From the NCBI GenBank assembly GCA_012295275.1, contig CM022666.1, forward strand, positions 10,354,001 to 10,418,000: 64,000 nt of DNA. The letters run 5' to 3'. The notes under the pieces were generated by a model. It was not told the origin of the DNA, searched no databases, and saw only the letters and a program-made list of their open reading frames with translations. Positions 25,813 through 37,318 of this stretch are shown one piece after another. Numbering within the stretch: position 1 is the first letter of the stretch; every line of letters starts with the position of its first letter. Source of the DNA: Chrysomallon squamiferum (Eukaryota; Animalia; Mollusca). A program made the translations under genes and the position numbers.

Positions 25813-28351
25813 GAACTGAGAAGACAGACAACAAGAAAAATTTCCTCTCCAAGATAACTTTACTCTAAACATATCGCTTTCTACCAGTGTGTTTTTGTTT
25901 GCTTCCTGCTATACTGGATTATATGGAGGTTGTGTTTTCGCTGTTTCTGGGGAAACCATGTTTCTACGACACGTTAATCGTACTAACTGTTAACCGATAT
26001 CTATAAACAGCTTTTACTTACAGGACAGCTTATGTACAAAAATCATTATATTTGTTTCACAAATTTTACATTATATTTACTCTTTCTATTTCAGTTTAGA
26101 TGAAAATATCATCTTCCTACGTTATTATTCTGCTTTGAATTCAACCTTTTCCTCTTTCCACTCAGATTTCTTTTTGTATGTACTGAATGTTTTCTTTCTA
26201 CTACCTCGTAACTGAATATAAATTCATTCACTTAAAGACTTAATAATTACTGATGGATATCTAAATTTAATTTCGCTAGTTTTCTAATAATCCGGTATTT
26301 GTAATAATTCAATGTAGCAATATTTACAGTGGATCTAATGTTTGGAAGAAAGTTTTCTTGGTATGTGTACTGAGGGAATATTTTCCAGGGTTTTTTTAAT
26401 GCACATTTGCTCATAATTACTTGAAAGTGAATATATTTATTGTTTGTGTGAAGTTTGTAATTACTGTGTTAGCAGACTTAATCATAGAACAAGGTAGTTT
26501 ATATATAGAGTGTGTTAGTTTGAAATTTTATAGCTTTATAACACCGAAGTCGCAGTTCATTTACTTCTAAACTTCCACACATGTACCTGTTTTCTTCTAG
26601 TCGTTATACAGGTAGTTTCGTTTTATCAGTTGAGATGTACCTGCCTTTTCTAATCATTAAAACAAAGAATTTCGTTTTGTCAGTTGATACTCCCTATTTT
26701 CTTCTAGCCATTATGCAGGTAATCTGAGAAGGAAGATTGTTTTATCTGTATTGTTACTTTCGAATAATCTTTGCGTGGCAATTACAAAACTCAGATAACG
26801 ACAGTCACGTGATGTTCCGCAAATCTTTTGTTTTGTATTTTAATAAATAATATATACAAATAAAATTTAAAAACCAGGAATGTCAGAGTGCCAGTGTGTG
26901 GCTTGGATATCACGTGACCTTATGCAACACTTTATATCATCTTTTATTTATATGTTCACTTTCTCCACATGAATCATAACTACTTAATAGAAATACTGAT
27001 AGTGACGGAAAAATAATATGTGCAAAATTACTGATTTAAAATACTGATTGTGTGTGTTTTACTATATTCACTTCGATTAATTATTTCCTATTTACAAGTG
27101 TTATTAACTAATAAAAGAATGAAAAACTATCTCTTTTTTAATAATAGTTCTATTAATTTGGCAACAGTCTTAACGAGTATTAATATATGTAAACAATAGT
27201 AATACCTAAAAAGTAAAGTAATATAAATAATTAAAATGCCTTGACACATTCAGCACGACTGTAAAAACTATTAATTCTCCGACCATTTTTTTTTTCTTCT
27301 TCTGTTTTAATATTTCAAAACATTATGGAAGTTTCAGTTTTTTATAAATTAGTATCATTATTTAATAGTTGCATTTTACTTTATTCTGATGTTGGAAATA
27401 TACTTTTCATTACTTTAATTTTGTATGTGTCTGTGTGTAATTTATGCTACTAAATTGAAACTTCAAATAATCGTGTTTTTTCATTAAACTAAGTTTGTTT
27501 TTATAAAATATTTGTAAATATTTATGGTGTTGGCGCTCAATAAAACATTCCTGGAAAAATTCCTTGTTATTATTTTTCATTTATATTGGGAAGTTGAAAT
27601 CAACTTTGTAAACAGATTAGATTAGTGGATGGTACTGGGTTGTGACGTGAATCCATTAACGTTTTATTGCTGCAAATGAAAATATTCGAGAAATCTGAAT
27701 TGGATAATATTCAGGAATATCCAACCATTATATGTTGTAAAACATTCAAAACTGACACTGAATACTTAAACCAGAAGCATTTTTTCTAGCACGACGGAGC
27801 TTACACTGATTTCCACTACTTACAACAGCTGAATGTGTGAAAACATACTGTGTACCGGATATACAGCCGAATTTGACATGGATAAATAACTTGGAAGTTG
27901 ACAAATTGGACTGCATATAACAGTGACGATATTCTGTAAGTATATTTAAAAGTTTTTGCTTAAAGTAGCGCATAGTACATTTAAATCGTTAGAATATAAT
28001 TATTATAATTAAGGTATCACTTACTGGTTCAAACGCAGATAGTGTTCATGTGTTTTATTTTTGTTTTATTAACTATAATTTTGTCTATAATAAATATTAA
28101 AAAAGTAAAAAATTTAAAAAAATAAAAAGAAAGTATGATCCAGAAAAATTCATCTTAAAAATTATATATATCAAATTAGGAACAAAAGTACTATTGGCAA
28201 GAAATTTCGAATTATCGTAAACATTTTTCTGCCGTATATCAGATCTAATATAGAGTTCAATAGATACATCCTTTCATAAGTTTCGTTTCATTTTGTCTCG
28301 TTATATTTCCTCTGGGTAGCAAATGAGAACAAATATTTGATTGAAAACATC

Positions 28352-28357
28352 TTTATT
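28352..28357 (-). terminator. Probable polyadenylation signal of ELC paralogue B
   Basis: AATAAA on the minus strand about 540 nt after the last stop codon, followed by T/GT-rich sequence. Confidence 0.55.
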
Positions 28358-28897
28358 GGGAGTTATTGCATGTTACACGCAGTCAAGGTTTCGAAAGGTT
28401 TATCCACGAAGACATTTTCACTGAGACAAAAAAAAAAAAAAGTCCAGTTCTGAAGAACAGCTGTACATAGTGCATTCCTCTGCGGATTACGTCCATCTTA
28501 GTAGACTAATGATAAGGGAACAGAGAAATAAATTAATAAATAAATTATAAACTTCACACGGCAACACAGTATATATTTCCCGAGACAGTTCTCGCTTCCA
28601 GTAAGAAATCCGAGAAAGAATGTTTGAAATTCTGCTACTAAATTAATACTTGTCGAAATACGTCCAGTACGAGAAACAAAGGTTAATATATTTTTGGCAC
28701 GAACATGTAGCAGTATGGATAATGTTTCATTGTTTCGTTATTTATTTATTTCTGATTTGTTTTGTTTGTTCTTTATTTTTTTGTTTTTTGGTTTGTATTT
28801 TTTTGGTTTTTTTTTTTGGTTGTTTTTAACTTGTAGCTATTGTGGGTCACAACTGATGATGAAAAAAAAAAAAAAAAAAAAATCACTTTTTAAAGTA

Positions 28898-31800
28898 TTA
28901 TTTTTCATCCGGGTATGGACCAGCCAGCACTTTAGATATAAATTCTGAAATGAAAAAAAAAAAAAAAAAAAAAAAAAAAACCGTGAAAAATGTTAATAAA
29001 AACATTGTACATTTTGAATTCAACAGCTTCATGCTACTTTTATATTTTTATTATTGTTTTAATCCGACAATAATTTACTGTTTCAAAGTAAAATGCCTAT
29101 TTGCAGCTAATTATTAAAAAATAGATATTTTTAAAAATATAAAAATATGTAATAGTAAGAAAGATTAAAATTAAATCTTTCACAAAAATACAGCGAAATT
29201 TGAATAGCATTTGCATCTAAAGATATTATTGGTTTTAAAGTCTTTAAACTTTATTTTTAACTTACATTTTTTTTTAAATTTACAGTTATAAAGATATTTA
29301 TAAATAGCTAAAACTACATGTATCCTTATTAGAGAAAACCCAAAACATTTCCGATGCAGACATTTGATTTTAACAAATCTTTGGTTTTGATAATTACAAT
29401 AATTCCAAGTTTTTTGTGTCAAACCTGTAACTTTCTCCTTCATTTTATTAATATTACTGAGTTAAACGATAACTGTGGTAGTAGCAACACTGTTAGTTAT
29501 AATAATGATTGTATTAGAAAGTATGGAGGTGTTACTATGTCAATGTGGTTGCAACAGTAGAAATATGGCGGTAGTAGTAGTGGCTGTTGTTTTAGTAGTA
29601 CACATATGCTTTAGTTCACTGATCTATATTTTATAGTAGCATATCCTGCAATCGCTGTACGTAATGGCAAATATAATTTTCTTTCAGACAAATTTTTATA
29701 GCATTTTGGAACTGAACTACATTTTCTTTCATAAATTATTTCTTCACACACACACACGCGCGCGTAATCAATACGTAGTTAATTTCTCTACAAATCTGTT
29801 ATTATTGAGGATTGCAGGATAAATAATAACTGGTTACTGTCATATGATATCAGCATTATCCTGTTGTGTCGAATGTACTGAGACTGTTCTCACCTTCGCA
29901 GGATAAAGCTGATATTTTAAAACAGTTATTAGTTATTCCCTATTTTATACAAAGACTAAAAATTTAAAATATCAGTTTTACTTAACTACTTAAAATAATA
30001 TTTTTATTACATCGTCAGTTTTCCATAAAGTTATGATTTTAGTCATTTAAATTCTGAATCTGAGATTGTTTTGCTAGTTCAGAATTAAGAAGTGAATAAA
30101 AAATATGTTATTATAAAATGTTAAAATAGAAAAACTAAATCGGAAAAGAAAAACACAACTAAAAAAACAACAACAAACAAAAGAGAAATTAAAGAAATAA
30201 AAATAGCAAATAAACGAGTTATGTGAGGGTGTTTTTAGAACTGTTAAGAAATGGTGATAACTGATTGTTACCGCACCCTTTACTTGTCCCCAAACGGACC
30301 GGCCATGACCTTTGTGATAAATTCTGAAAGTAAGAGTTAGTGTAGAGACGTTGTCTATAAATAAACATAACTTTGTTTAATCATAAAGTAACAGGTGGAA
30401 CCAGACACTGCGTCGTCTCCATACTGATCTGGCGTACATGTTCTTTTCACGACAAAACTTTTTTCATTTATTTATTTATTATTTATTATTGCTATTATTT
30501 TTTTTTAAAGAAAATATTGTACCACCACCACCCCAGTAAATGTATGAGAAAAAAAAAATTAATAATAAAATTAACAAATAGCAATTCTAACTGCAAAAGT
30601 TGATTTGTTTTAAAGTAAAATTTCCATCATATGGCACACATACCTTCGTATTTGACGTTTCCTTCCAAATCTTCTCTCAAGTCAATGCACTTAATGATGT
30701 CATCAACTTGCTCGTCTGAAAGTCGGTCACCTTGAAAAACAATATCAGATATCAGTAATATAGCATACAATATAATGACATATCCACTTGAAACTATCAC
30801 TGTCATTATCATCATCCATACAAAATATCCATATAAGAAAAGCATTACCGATAACTAACAATAGTAAACCATTAAAGGTTGTAATTAACTGTTACTTACC
30901 GAGAGATGTCAACACGTGTCTCATTTCAGCAGACGAGATGAAACCTTGTCCTTCTCTATCAAAAGTCTTGAAAGCTTCCATGAAGTCAGCGTAGGTTCCT
31001 GTGTCTTTCTCTTTCGAAACAGTTTCGTAAATTGGCAGGAATTCCTCAAACTTGTATGACTTTTCGCCGAATTTCTTTACTCCTCCATTCTTCATGATGA
31101 TTTCCTGAGTCGGGTTCAGTCCCAGACAGTATAACATGTCGCCTGTTTTGGCAGCGTCGACATCACCGTCGCGACCATCCCAAAAATCGAAAAGGTCAAA
31201 CACCTCCCTAACATCTGCAGTGAAGTTTATTCAGTTTAATTTTAAAAACCTTCAAGTACGTGAATTGCATTATATCTGATAATCGCCAATATTGAAATAA
31301 CTAGTTTTAAATCATTCGTTTATTCAATGGATTGATTTTAATTTATTTTAATTTTTATATATTTCGGGATTTATTGAATATTTTCCTTAGAAATAAACTG
31401 TGAAATATATTTATAGTCTAGCCCCGTGCATTTTGAATACATGCATTAAATGTTCAGCTACTTCAAAAACAAATAATTAATTTGAATTATTCCCTTTTTC
31501 ACTTTTCTCCCCAAATTTTTATCTGTTTATCATTTTTCTAATTATAGTATCAAATTTACTATCAAATTAAATCTGATTACTAAATAACAATGATTTAAAC
31601 AATAATATACTGCAATGGGAAGGAGAGTATGGGTCCATTTATGGCAGTACGCTGCATGGGTTATATGTATAGACTAACAGCACGCTGGAAGCATCTTAGG
31701 TTTATTACGCCAAAACATTTATTTAGATCTTTGGGTTTGTACTAAATATATGTTATAAACAGTAATTCCTGTGCCCAGTAATTTCTCGGAGTACTAACTA

Positions 31801-33888
31801 GACATATTCGCGGAAATATTTTAAAATTTCATTTGCATTATTTACTAATCTTATGTATTCGTATCAAGTTGAGTAAAAATTCGTCTATATCTGAACCGGT
31901 TTTGTAATTACTGTCTTACCACTTAGAATATAATTATAAATGACAAAATTAATAATTTTTTATTATTATTATTTTTTAACTTGCCAATTAGTGCGTCACA
32001 TTAGCAAGCCGAAATGAATGGATTCAGCATTTATTAAAAAAAAAAACCCAGAAACACGATTCTTTGTTTTTAATGTAAATGAGATTTGTTGTTCGGAAGG
32101 TAATGCAAATTCGGTAGCTAAACATTTTGGAATTTTTAAATTATACACACAAGCTGTACTGAGAGAGATATCTGGCGTTAGTCATTTGTGAGGTGCGAGC
32201 TAAAAACAGAATACGGTTACTGATGGAGAAAACTCTGTTGCTAAGCTGCAACGCAGGTGTGGAATACATATCTGATATCACATGGTATTTTCCGCTTTAC
32301 CTAAATCGTGTACAGCTATTTCTAGTTCAGCGAAGCAAAGCAGAAATAAAAAAAGAGAGTGATGATGTGGGGAACAACTGTAGTTATAAATTACATTTTT
32401 ATTCATTAAGTTTTTCAACAAAATCATGTAAAACGGTCCACTGCGTTTTTTGCTAACGTGCATTATATTTTCGGCATACAGTGAGTGCATTTTGCAAACA
32501 AAAAAAGTGTGTGCATGTGTGTGTTATTCACCGAAAGGAAGCTGAATCGAGCACTGCTCGACTATAAAGCGAAATGTTTCAACAGCCGCATGAGTGCCAC
32601 AGTGGCAGACAATATCAGGTTACTCTAGTTTGACTTCGTACCAAACGAAGATTCCATTTGTGCAAGTTGAATCATCTGCTAGACCAACGTAATTAGACTA
32701 GATGTAGAAACCGTAAACTGGCAATACGTATGCATATGGAAACAAATAAAAGAAGACCCAGTTGCATAAACTGTTCCAACGTTTATCTACATGAAAAACT
32801 AAATAAAATTCCAAAAATAATTATAATAATGTTATAGAAAATAACAAAGCAAAAGATGGAGAAAAAAAAAAAATGGACATTCACGTTATTGCTAAAAAGT
32901 TATTGTTAAACTTTGCTTTAAAAATTACAGATACAATTTTCCAGCTTTGTAATTGCAGCATGTGATAACTGAGTATTTATAAGTAATATATGATAGCAGA
33001 TACATTTTTTTTTACGCCCATTTGACATTCAGACATTAGTAGATTATTGTTATTTATTTATGTTACAGATATTGAAATTATCGTACTCACCTTCGATTTC
33101 AGATTTCGATAACTGAGACTGAAATTGAGGAGAAAAACGGAAGAATTAATCTTTTATTAAGTAGGAAAAAAAAAAGTATATGTATTTATTTTTATCCTTG
33201 TTGATTTCTATATTTGATCAAGAATAAATAATCTTTTGAAAATAATTCTGTTCATATATTCGGGTATTTATCGTAAGCTCGAGCGGTTATAAAAGAAAAA
33301 AATATGTATATATATCAACCTACATTCTCTCAGGTTTTATCGAAACAGAATAATAATAAATTATTAGAAAACAAAGAAATTAGGAATGATAATAATCTGT
33401 GCTTAATTATAATTTTATACTTATGATAGAAAATGAAGGTGTATTTTTTTTAAAATTATTTTAGTAAAGAACATTTTTTTTAAACCTGCAAAAATATATT
33501 TTGTTTTATAAAATAAACCGTGCCAGGTCAATATAGATTTTGGTAGATAATTTAAAGTACATTTAAATATTTATAAAAATATATACGTGCATAAATTGTA
33601 TAAAGATAATCTTTACTCTTTGTATTTTTAAATAAATTTTTGCCTTCGAATAACTTTTGAAAGTTTTGATAATCAGTTACTGTCGTGAATTAAATATTAA
33701 ATTTGATGCAATCAAATGGACAAAGCATATTAATTTAAATGCATTATTGCATATACTGACTTCATTTTCCTGAAATATTCGCAAACATTTTAAATAAAAA
33801 TACACACAGGTTACCACACGGGCTAGGGTGTAGGAAAATCATGCTTTCGTGGGTGAGGTTGGGATATGGAGAAATCACATCTTACCAT
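28898..33888 (-). CDS. Myosin essential (alkali) light chain, paralogue B, with alternative C-terminal exons
   Basis: Exons (-): 33888-33886 (ATG only), 33118-33091, 31214-30900, 30730-30644, then either 30323-30280 ([14 protein letters not shown]) or 28944-28898 ([15 protein letters not shown]). Protein [46 protein letters not shown]...[60 protein letters not shown] on the minus strand at 28357-28352. Confidence 0.95.
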
Positions 33889-33988
33889 TGTGGCTGGGTT
33901 CTTGGTTGCTGCCTCGTCAAATGTTAAAGCAAGAAGACTGTTCTCGGAATGTTAAAAATGCCGTGTGCTTTTCTCCCCCACGTGCCTC

Positions 33989-33997
33989 CTATATATA
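33989..33997 (-). promoter_or_regulatory. TATA box of ELC paralogue B
   Basis: TATATATAG on the minus strand within GC-richer flanks, about 100 bp upstream of the ATG at 33888. Confidence 0.7.
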
Positions 33998-34559
33998 CGA
34001 CGAGTCCACTACCGTACTTGGGGGTGTGTGAATAACAAATGCTGCTGCAAAATGGAAGATACCTGCAGAGTGCAACATATGGTGTTAGAGGCTTAGGATA
34101 ATTTTAATTGTATGCCCTGTTGTGAATTAGAAGATCTATGTAACCAGTAGTTTTCAGCATCATCTTGCGCTTTCGTTTCTTATACAAGATTAGGATATCA
34201 CACCTGTTTTGTTTGTTTCTTCTTCTTCTTCTTCTTTTTTTCTTCATCGTTAACGGAAATGACGTTTTAGCCGTAAGGAATATTATTTTATTCACGTGAA
34301 CAAATACTGCTTAGCATTCGATTCCTGTAATATGGCAGTGGAACTTCGTTTTATCTTTTTAATGGCAATAAATAATCTGCCCCCTCGTCAAAAAACAACA
34401 ATAAAATTATCAAATATGCTTTGACAAAAATCAAGAATTTAAACGTGTGTGTTGTAAATGACAGGTAACTAGCACTTTGTGTTGCTAGGCATTCTGAATG
34501 GCCTTGGTCATATATGGTTGCAACACATGGCAGAAAACACATGAACAGCCCAGTACGTG

Positions 34560-34569
34560 CCAAAATAGG
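34560..34569. promoter_or_regulatory. CArG box (SRF site) upstream of ELC paralogue B
   Basis: CCAAAATAGG is an exact match to CC(A/T)6GG, about 570 bp upstream of the TATA box of a muscle gene. A near-match TCATATATGG lies at about 34508. Confidence 0.5.
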
Positions 34570-34987
34570 TAAGGCGGGAATGTGATATCTGTCGGCTGCC
34601 AGATATACTGCCAGACATACGTTTACGCTAGAATGTGAACGAGGTTTGGTGCAATTAAACACTCTCTGTCGTGTTTTGTAATTATATTAAGCTATTTTAT
34701 TCAGTAGAATGAATAAACTGGAAACAGAAATAATAAAAACACAATTTTTTGGAGAGTCAAGGAAGCTAAAAACTGAGGTTTAGCTGATTTTCAAGTTAAA
34801 CTGATTTATGTTTGCTAGATTCCTGTAAACAGATGGTTGTCCTATATCAGATAATGCGCATGTACATGACCTTGTATTCTGAATAGTTTTGTTCTAATTA
34901 ATTAAACAGCGGATGGTTTGCAGAATAATACTGCGCAGTACTCTGTATGCGGCTCTTTATATTTAAATTAACTGGATGATCTAAAGA

Positions 34988-35027
<40 letters not shown>

Positions 35028-37318
35028 GTAATAATAAATAAATAAACAAACAAACAAATAAGGGGATGAAAACATTTACGATATCGATGTAGCATTTATT
35101 ATGTGTACAAATAACTGGAGATTGTTTTCATGCACACAAGTCGACTGCCCAGAAAATATCACATACATAGCTAAATATGCTGGACCTAATCCAGTTTATA
35201 ATAATGTTTTAGATTAAAAATGACTTTCAAATGAACAAGACTAGCCAGATAATTATACTGGTTATAACAGATATACATGTATTGAGTGGGAACGGTTACA
35301 TCCTTCACGCTGCCCTCCGTGATGTTTATTATTATTATTATTACTTTTTTATTTATTTATTTATTTACAATTATTATTTATTATTATTATTATAATTATT
35401 ATTATTATTTTTTTTTTTTTTAAATGAAATTCAGTAAATCTTTAAACCACAATAGCACACCATCCCACGTTGTTAAATACTGGATTCTGTTCTTGTTAGC
35501 CACGTGGTTTTTAGTTTATATCAGCTAGAATATAAGGTCATCATCATCCATGCATGTTCTTCTATTTAATTTCGAACTTCATAAAACAATATGAAAAATT
35601 TATGAATTTTAGGGTATTTTCAAAAAGACTGAAACTGCTTGTGAAAATGGCATAATAAAAATTAATTTTGATGTGATATTAAAGTCTCGACGGTTGTGTG
35701 AATAACGTTTTATTATTATTATTCTTAATTCATAAACAAGTGTGGTAATACCTGCCAGCTATCGACACTTGTGATTTGCTTCAGGTAACAATAAGGAGAC
35801 CGTTTAAAAACCCCATCACGGAAAGACGAAATGGTATAAATATATATGACACCGGACCATTAAGAGGCAGCAGGAACATACAGATAAAATGGTTAATAAC
35901 TATAATTAAAATGTAAACCTTTGACGATTCAAGTTATTGTTTATATTATTTTTTGAAAAGTATACAACAACGAAGTCATTATAGTTAATAAATACTAGGG
36001 CGGTGCCATTTTTTGATAGGTGTATGTATCTGTGTATGTACTGACGCACACATACAAACAGTCACTGGACTGAAAATTACCAATGGGTGCACTGGCTGCA
36101 CTCGATCATTAATCTCTTGTGCATGGTCGCTGTTTTCTATCCATGGAGACACGGCCTACTCTCTTTTACACAGGAGCAACAAACAGAACATATTAAATAT
36201 GAACAGTCTATAATTGAGTGACTGTATGATATTTTGTTACATATATTTCCTTAATATATATTCTTAATAATAACAATAAATAAATAAATGAAATGCAATA
36301 GCATTTGTTAACAAATACTAAACAGTCTCAACACTTATTTATAAAACAGTTGCACTGACTCTTTCTGGACGAAGACCATGAAGTTGTACTGTTGTGTATA
36401 CTTATCCTGACTAATTCTGCAATGGATATATTTATTTTCTTATTAATTTCCGCTGTTACACTTCTGTTTGTCAAAAATCATTTTGAAACATCATGCTGAA
36501 TTAGAATAATCAAATTAACAAACACATAGGAAAATACAGGTCAGTTACAACAGTAAGAGTTAAAACAAATAATATTCATCACAGATAATCGAACTTACTG
36601 GAATACTAACAATTAAGCTAGTAACAAAATCAATACTAAAAATAATCATTATAGTTATCTTTCTCAGTCATTATACATATTCAGCAATTTATTGTAGGTT
36701 TTTTCAAAGTCATGATTAAATAAGATTATTTTCAACTGTAACATTATAAAAACAAGGATACAAAACTGAATTATTATTTCATAGGTCGTCAGATTATCAA
36801 TAAATAGTTTAATAGTTTTTAAAATAAAAAAAAAAATAAAATAAAAAATAAAAATAAAATGTCAGGCAAAGATCCAAGGTTCTTGGAAGCCATTTCCACA
36901 TTATTTTAATAATATCCATTTAACAGTCAAAACGTTTTCAATGGTTATTCTTGAAAAAGTTATCAGCCTTGAGAGTCTACAATTATTGAAATTTACCAGT
37001 CCTGAAAATTGTAAACTTGCAAAATGTCCAGGAATGTGGCTGGTCAATCCAAACTTAATTTTGTTTAAAATAAAGCCATGTTATATGAGTTGAGTTCAAT
37101 AAAATACAGTGTTATACTGAAAATTATTCTTTATCAAAATATATAACAGTTCCCAGTGAAATGACAGATTTCCTTCAAATGAGAACAAAGTGTCACTGTC
37201 ATAACAAAAACTGCACATGATAAAAATCAACAATTTGGTGTGATTAACCAAAAAACTAAATCACAGGAAAACATGACCTCTGAGCAGGAAATTTTGAAAA
37301 TAAATGTAAATAAATGCT

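Noticed and set aside
30788-30994. ORFs antisense to real exons (also 39011-39271, 60887-61087, 63691-63912)
   Set aside because: They are shadow frames of the ELC-B, trefoil and ABCC exons on the opposite strand.
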